Positions 58,809 to 64,000 of a DNA stretch of 64,000 nucleotides are shown here, in pieces. The notes beneath the pieces are model-generated. The model was not told the DNA's origin, ran no database searches, and saw only the letters and a list, made by a program, of their open reading frames with translations. The first letter of the stretch is position 1. Each line of letters begins with the position of its first letter. The position numbers and the translations under genes are program-made. Location of the stretch: contig CACJFA010000002.1 in the NCBI GenBank assembly GCA_902592545.1, forward strand, positions 164-64,163, in the 5' to 3' direction. This stretch comes from an uncultured Pelagibacteraceae bacterium (lineage in GTDB: Bacteria; Pseudomonadota; Alphaproteobacteria; Pelagibacterales; Pelagibacteraceae).

Positions 58809-60151
58809 TGAAAAAAAAATATTTTGGAACAGATGGAATAAGGGGAGCAGTCAATAGTAAATATATAAATGGAGATATGTTCTTTAAATTTGGACTTGCT
58901 AGCGGGACATACTTTAAATCTCAAAAAAAAAAAAAACAAACAGCAATAATTGCAAAAGATACCAGATTGTCAGGGTATACACTTGAGCCAGCTCTTGTCT
59001 CAGGTTTGGCTTCAGCTGGTATGCATGTTTATACCCTAGGACCGTTACCAACTAATGGTTTGGCAATGCTAACAAAAGAAATGAAGGCTAATATGGGTAT
59101 AATGATCACCGCCTCTCACAACCCACATTTTGAAAACGGTTTAAAATTGTTTGGTCCTGATGGAATGAAATTATCGGATAAAATAGAAAAAAAAATTGAG
59201 AAACTTATAGATAAGAAAATCTCAAAAAACCTTTCGCATTCTGAAAAATTGGGAAGAGTTAAAAGATTAGAAACAGGTACCAAAAATTATATTAAAATAT
59301 TAAAAAAAAATTTCACTAAAGAATTCAATTTAAGAGGACTAAGAATAGTAATCGATTGTGCAAATGGCGCTGGTTACAGGGCAGGTCCTGAATTATTGAA
59401 ATCATTAGGAGCCAAAGTCATAGCAATAGGTGTTAAACCAAATGGTTTAAATATTAATAAAAAATGTGGATCAACTTTTCCAAGAAAAATTAGATCTGCT
59501 GTAAAAAAATATAAAGCTCATATCGGAATATCTTTAGACGGAGATGCTGACAGAATTATTATGTGTGATGAAAAAAGTAATATAATAGATGGAGATCAAA
59601 TTATAGCTGCTCTAGCAACAAGATGGAAAAATAAAAAAATGTTAAAAGGGGGAGTTGTTGGAACATTAATGTCAAATTATGGTTTAGAAAAATATTTTAA
59701 ATCAAAAGGAATAAAATTTTTAAGGGCAAATGTTGGAGATAGATATGTTAAAGAAAAAATGCAAAAATATAATTTTAATTTAGGTGGTGAACAATCAGGA
59801 CATATTATTTTAGGTAAATTTGCAACTACAGGAGATGGATTGCTAGTAGCTTTAGAAGCTCTTTTTGCTTTAAGAAAAGGAAAAAAGGCAAGTGAATTTT
59901 TTGATCAATTTAAGAAAACACCTCAGCTTTTAGAAAATATCGAAGTGAAAGATAAAAAAATTATTAATAAACCAGAGATAAAAAAAATTATAAAAAATGT
60001 AGATAAATTAATCAAAGGTAATGGAAGAATTTTAGTAAGAAAATCAGGAACAGAATCTAAAATAAGAGTAATGGGAGAAAGTGAAAATAAAACTCTTTTA
60101 TACAAATGTGTAAATATGATTTCAAAAAAAATTAAACAAATTGAAACCTAA
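58808..60151 (+). CDS. glmM: Phosphoglucosamine mutase
   Basis: FGTDGIRG, ITASHNP, DGDADR, VGDRYV, GGEQSGH, RKSGTE. Confidence 0.95.
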   Translation: MKKKYFGTDGIRGAVNSKYINGDMFFKFGLASGTYFKSQKKKKQTAIIAKDTRLSGYTLEPALVSGLASAGMHVYTLGPLPTNGLAMLTKEMKANMGIMITASHNPHFENGLKLFGPDGMKLSDKIEKKIEKLIDKKISKNLSHSEKLGRVKRLETGTKNYIKILKKNFTKEFNLRGLRIVIDCANGAGYRAGPELLKSLGAKVIAIGVKPNGLNINKKCGSTFPRKIRSAVKKYKAHIGISLDGDADRIIMCDEKSNIIDGDQIIAALATRWKNKKMLKGGVVGTLMSNYGLEKYFKSKGIKFLRANVGDRYVKEKMQKYNFNLGGEQSGHIILGKFATTGDGLLVALEALFALRKGKKASEFFDQFKKTPQLLENIEVKDKKIINKPEIKKIIKNVDKLIKGNGRILVRKSGTESKIRVMGESENKTLLYKCVNMISKKIKQIET

Positions 60152-60953
60152 TTCTAAAATTTTAATTATAGCAGGATCCGACTCATCTGGTGGAGCAGGT
60201 ATTCAAGCTGATATAAAAACTATTACTGCTCTTGGTTCTTATGCAATGACAGCAATAACTGCAGTTACATCACAAAATACCACAGGTGTAAAATCAATTG
60301 TTGGGATTAATCCAAAAGAAATTTTTAATCAAATTATTTATAGCTGTAAAGATATAAGACCTGATGCAATAAAAATTGGTATGCTGCATTCTTCAGAGGT
60401 TATTAGAATGGTACTAAAAGCTTTGGATGTAATTAAAGTTAAAAAAATAGTATTAGATCCAGTGATGGTTGCTAAAGGAGGGGCTAAACTAATAAATAGT
60501 AAGGCAATTCAATTATTAAAATTAAAACTAATTAAAAAAGTATCGCTTATTACCCCTAATATCCCTGAAGCAGAAATTTTGACTAAAACAAAAATTATAA
60601 CAAAAGAGGACATGATTTTTGCTGCTAATAAACTTATAGGATTAGGAGCTAAAAATGTACTTATAAAGGGTGGCCATTTAAAACATAAAAATGTAATAGA
60701 TATTTTAATTAACACAAAAGATATAAAGGTCTTTGAAAGCGAACGTCACAAAACAAAGAATACTCATGGTACAGGTTGTACTTTATCTAGCTCAGTTACA
60801 ACTTTTTTATCATGTGGAAAAACAGTAAAGAAATCTTGTGAGCTTGGAATTAAGTATGTAAATTCTGCAATTAAATCAAACCCTAAATATGGAAAAGGTC
60901 ATGGCCCAATTAACCATCTCACTTCCTTAAAAGTAAACAGAAAATTTAAATAA
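60141..60953 (+). CDS. thiD: Hydroxymethylpyrimidine/phosphomethylpyrimidine kinase
   Basis: [46 protein letters not shown]. Confidence 0.94.
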   Translation: MKPNSKILIIAGSDSSGGAGIQADIKTITALGSYAMTAITAVTSQNTTGVKSIVGINPKEIFNQIIYSCKDIRPDAIKIGMLHSSEVIRMVLKALDVIKVKKIVLDPVMVAKGGAKLINSKAIQLLKLKLIKKVSLITPNIPEAEILTKTKIITKEDMIFAANKLIGLGAKNVLIKGGHLKHKNVIDILINTKDIKVFESERHKTKNTHGTGCTLSSSVTTFLSCGKTVKKSCELGIKYVNSAIKSNPKYGKGHGPINHLTSLKVNRKFK

Positions 60954-62245
60954 TGAAAAATATAGTTGTTGTTGGATCTCAATGGGGTGATGAAGGTAAA
61001 GGAAAAATTGTTGATTGGTTATCTGAACAGGCTGATGTAGTAATAAGATTCCAAGGAGGTCACAATGCTGGCCATACTTTAGTGATTGATGGTGTTACAT
61101 ATAAATTAAGATTACTGCCATCTGGAATAGTCAGAAAAGGTAAAATATCAATTATTGGCAACGGAGTTGTAGTAGATCCATGGGCTTTATTAGACGAAAT
61201 AGAAGAAATAAAATCTAAAGGCGTAGAAGTGAATGTAAATAATTTTATTATTTCAGAGACTGCAAATTTAATTTTACCTTTTCATAGGGAAATGGATGAG
61301 ATTAGAGAAGATGCAGCAGGAAAAAGCAAAATAGGAACTACAAGACGTGGAATTGGACCGGCATATGAAGATAAAGTTGGAAGAAGATCTATAAGAGTTA
61401 TGGATCTAAGATCTGAAAAAAATTTAGATCAAAGACTCGACTCTGTATTACTTCATCATAATGCTATTAGAAAAGGTCTAGGAAAAAAAATTTTTGAAAA
61501 AGATCAGCTTAAATCTGATTTGCTTAAAATAGCACCCAAAATACTAGAATTTTCTCAGCCAGTTTGGCTAAAGATTGATCAATTTAAAAAACAAAAAAAG
61601 AAAATTTTATTCGAAGGAGCCCAAGGTATTTTACTTGATGTAGATCATGGAACTTATCCTTTTGTAACTTCGTCTAATACTGTTGCCTCAAGCGCTGCCA
61701 CAGGAACTGGTTGTGGCCCTAATTCTATTAATTATGTTCTTGGAATTACAAAAGCTTATACGACAAGAGTTGGGGAAGGTCCTTTTCCTACAGAGTTAAC
61801 AGATGATATTGGTGAACTTTTAGGAGCACGTGGAAAAGAATTTGGAACTGTTACAAGTAGAAAAAGAAGATGCGGATGGTTTGATGGCGTTTTAGTAAGG
61901 CAAACTATTAAAGTATCAGGTATTGATGGCATCGCTTTAACGAAATTAGATGTACTTGATGAATTAGAAGAAATTAAAATGTGTATTGCTTATGAGCTTG
62001 ATGGTAAAAGACTAGATTATTTACCAGCTGCTGTAGAAGACCAGATTAAAATAAAACCAATTTATGAAACTTTTCCAGGTTGGAAAGTTTCTACAAGTGG
62101 AGTTAAACATATGGATTCATTACCTGATAATGCAAAAAAATATATTTTTGCAGTAGAAGATTTCATTGGTGCAAAGGTATCAAGTATTTCAACTAGTCCA
62201 GAAAGAGATGATACTATCTTAATTGAAAACCCTTTTGAAGTTTAG
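60953..62245 (+). CDS. purA: Adenylosuccinate synthetase
   Basis: [47 protein letters not shown]. Confidence 0.97.
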   Translation: MKNIVVVGSQWGDEGKGKIVDWLSEQADVVIRFQGGHNAGHTLVIDGVTYKLRLLPSGIVRKGKISIIGNGVVVDPWALLDEIEEIKSKGVEVNVNNFIISETANLILPFHREMDEIREDAAGKSKIGTTRRGIGPAYEDKVGRRSIRVMDLRSEKNLDQRLDSVLLHHNAIRKGLGKKIFEKDQLKSDLLKIAPKILEFSQPVWLKIDQFKKQKKKILFEGAQGILLDVDHGTYPFVTSSNTVASSAATGTGCGPNSINYVLGITKAYTTRVGEGPFPTELTDDIGELLGARGKEFGTVTSRKRRCGWFDGVLVRQTIKVSGIDGIALTKLDVLDELEEIKMCIAYELDGKRLDYLPAAVEDQIKIKPIYETFPGWKVSTSGVKHMDSLPDNAKKYIFAVEDFIGAKVSSISTSPERDDTILIENPFEV

Positions 62246-63135
62246 TTTGCGGGTAAAAGATTTTTTGATTTAGCCGATAGAAGCATATGCTTTTGGAGTT
62301 TTTCAAATGCTTTATTCTCTATTTGTCTAACTCTTTCTCTGCTAATTTTATATTTTTTACTTAAATCCTCTAGTGTAGTTGGGTCATCATTTAGTCTTCT
62401 TGAGTATAAAATTTCTCTTTCTCTATCGTTAAGAACTTTAATAGAATCTTTTAATAAATCTTTTCTTTGCTCCATTTCCTCGTGGTGAGCAAATTTTAAG
62501 TCATGATCAAGTTCTTTATCAACCAACCAGTCTTGCCATTCATCACCATCTTCTCCAACTTGAGCATTTAGCGAGAACTCCTTTCCAGAAAGTCTTCTAT
62601 TCATTGAAACGACTTCTTCTTTACTTACATCGAGCTTATTAGCTATATGATCAACGTGTTCATCTCTTAAGTCACCTTCAGTTTCTGGAGAAATTTGATT
62701 TTTAATTTTTTTTAAATTAAAAAATAATTTTTTTTGAGCAGTAGTAGTTCCAATTTTGACAAGACTCCAAGATCTTAAAATATATTCTTGAATAGAAGCC
62801 TTAATCCACCACATTGCATAAGTTGCTAATCTAAAACCTTTTTCAGGTTCAAATTTCTTAACAGCCTGCATAAGACCAACATTTCCCTCTGAAATCATTT
62901 CATTAATAGGCAAACCATATCCTTTGTAGCCCATAGCAATCTTTGCAACTAATCTTAAGTGACTAGTGACTAGTTTTTCTGCAGCTTTAATATTACCAGT
63001 CGTTTTCCAGTTTTTTGCCAGCATATATTCCTCTTCTGCAGCTAACATCGGAAATTTTTTAATCTGCTCTAAATATGCAGATAGTCCACCTTCATTAGAA
63101 AGCGTTGGTAGATTGTTGCTCATTGTTGTGCTCAT
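62242..63135 (-). CDS. rpoH: RNA polymerase sigma-32 factor
   Basis: [24 protein letters not shown], RpoH box [17 protein letters not shown]. Confidence 0.95.
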   Translation of the reverse strand: MSTTMSNNLPTLSNEGGLSAYLEQIKKFPMLAAEEEYMLAKNWKTTGNIKAAEKLVTSHLRLVAKIAMGYKGYGLPINEMISEGNVGLMQAVKKFEPEKGFRLATYAMWWIKASIQEYILRSWSLVKIGTTTAQKKLFFNLKKIKNQISPETEGDLRDEHVDHIANKLDVSKEEVVSMNRRLSGKEFSLNAQVGEDGDEWQDWLVDKELDHDLKFAHHEEMEQRKDLLKDSIKVLNDREREILYSRRLNDDPTTLEDLSKKYKISRERVRQIENKAFEKLQKHMLLSAKSKNLLPAN

Positions 63136-63176
63136 AGCAGTGTTTATTTAATTAATTATACCTAATTTTCAATAAT

Positions 63177-63998
63177 TTATTTTTCAGTGTTTCTAAGCAT
63201 TTTTAGAATATTATTTAGATCTTGTGGCAAAAGTGAGGAAAAAATCATCTCTTTCTTAGTATGTGGATGTATAAATCCTAAAGTTTTTGCATGCAGGAAT
63301 TGTCTATTTAATTTGGTAATTGAATTTTGAATATCTAAATCAATATTTTTTAATTTTTTATATTTTTTTTTATATTTGTCATCTCCAACTAGACTATTAC
63401 CTTTAAAGTTCATATGAACTCTTATCTGATGTGTTCTTCCTGTTTCTAATTTACATTCAACTAAACTTAAAGTTGGTGTTTTTTGATTTTCAAAAATTTC
63501 AAGTGTTTTATAATTTGTTATAGCTTTCTTACCTTTTGAACTACTAACTTCCATTAGTTGTCTATTTTTTGAACTACGAGTTATAAATGTTTCAATTCTT
63601 CCTGAGGAGGGTCTTAATTTTCCCCATATTAAAAGTTGGTACTCTCTTATAATTGTATGATCGCTAAACTGTTTTGATAAATTTTCATGAGTTTCATTGT
63701 TTTTTGCAATTACAACTAAACCAGATGTGTTTTTATCAATTCTATGAACAATACCAGGTCTTAACTCATCTCCTATATTTGATAAAGAATCCTTATCATA
63801 ATGCATCAATGCATTAACAATTGTTTTATCATAATTTCCAGCCCCTGGATGCATGATTATTCCGGCAGGTTTATTAATTACTAATAGATCTTTATCTTCG
63901 TATATTATTTCTAATTTAAATTCGTAAGGTTTAAGGGATGCTATTTCAGGCTCTGGAATCTTAAGATTTATAGTATCACCAATTGAGACTTTTTTTGA
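63177..63998 (-). CDS. rluD: RluA-family 23S rRNA pseudouridine synthase RluD (5' truncated by window)
   Basis: Frame is open to the window end (..IIYEDKDLLVINKPAGIIMHP); HRIDKNTSG, LETGRTHQIRVH, RQFLHA. Confidence 0.92.
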   Translation of the reverse strand, partial: SKKVSIGDTINLKIPEPEIASLKPYEFKLEIIYEDKDLLVINKPAGIIMHPGAGNYDKTIVNALMHYDKDSLSNIGDELRPGIVHRIDKNTSGLVVIAKNNETHENLSKQFSDHTIIREYQLLIWGKLRPSSGRIETFITRSSKNRQLMEVSSSKGKKAITNYKTLEIFENQKTPTLSLVECKLETGRTHQIRVHMNFKGNSLVGDDKYKKKYKKLKNIDLDIQNSITKLNRQFLHAKTLGFIHPHTKKEMIFSSLLPQDLNNILKMLRNTEK

Positions 63999-64000
63999 TG

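Overview
AT-rich, extremely gene-dense window that looks like a SAR11 (Pelagibacterales, Alphaproteobacteria) chromosome. This is inferred from near-zero intergenic spacers, alphaproteobacterial core gene order, and a lone 5S rRNA bounding a glycan island. Bases 1 to ~34,190 are the right-hand part of a surface-glycan island resembling SAR11 HVR2. It holds a PglK/MsbA-like ABC exporter, a nucleotide-sugar dehydrogenase, eight extended SDR epimerase/dehydratases, a NeuB/NeuC/CBS/NeuA ulosonic-acid module with a KpsS-like transferase, a sugar C-methyltransferase, and many glycosyltransferases (GT2, GT4, GT26, GT61, fucosyltransferase-like, GT-C-like). It also holds two Wzy_C/O-antigen-ligase-like proteins, WecA, an OafA-type acyltransferase and a GDP-mannose 3,5-epimerase homologue. 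The island ends at a stand-alone 5S rRNA with its own predicted promoter. The rest is core genome: rpmJ, an unlisted 36-aa cytochrome oxidase subunit IV-like ORF, pntAa/pntAb/pntB, transaldolase, tRNA-fMet, rpsU, trcR, rpmE, suhB, efp, thiE, fba, pgk, gap, tkt, zapA, ygfA, ymdB-like, yebC, an atypical RuvC, tol-pal-cpoB, tilS, ftsH, folP, glmM, thiD, purA, rpoH and partial rluD. I saw no CRISPR array, integrase or transposase. The best leads are all inferences that need testing: (i) a possible pathway to a non-canonical, perhaps 8-carbon, sialic-acid-like sugar; (ii) a tandem RfbE-like pair, one copy lacking the catalytic Tyr; (iii) 5S rRNA as the 5' end of an mRNA operon; (iv) a probable AUU start for rpsU; (v) a GAPDH with NADP-type signature residues; (vi) a MOC1/phage-like RuvC where ruvCAB usually sits; (vii) no 6S RNA at its usual locus. 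All family assignments come from motif recognition by eye, with no database searches.
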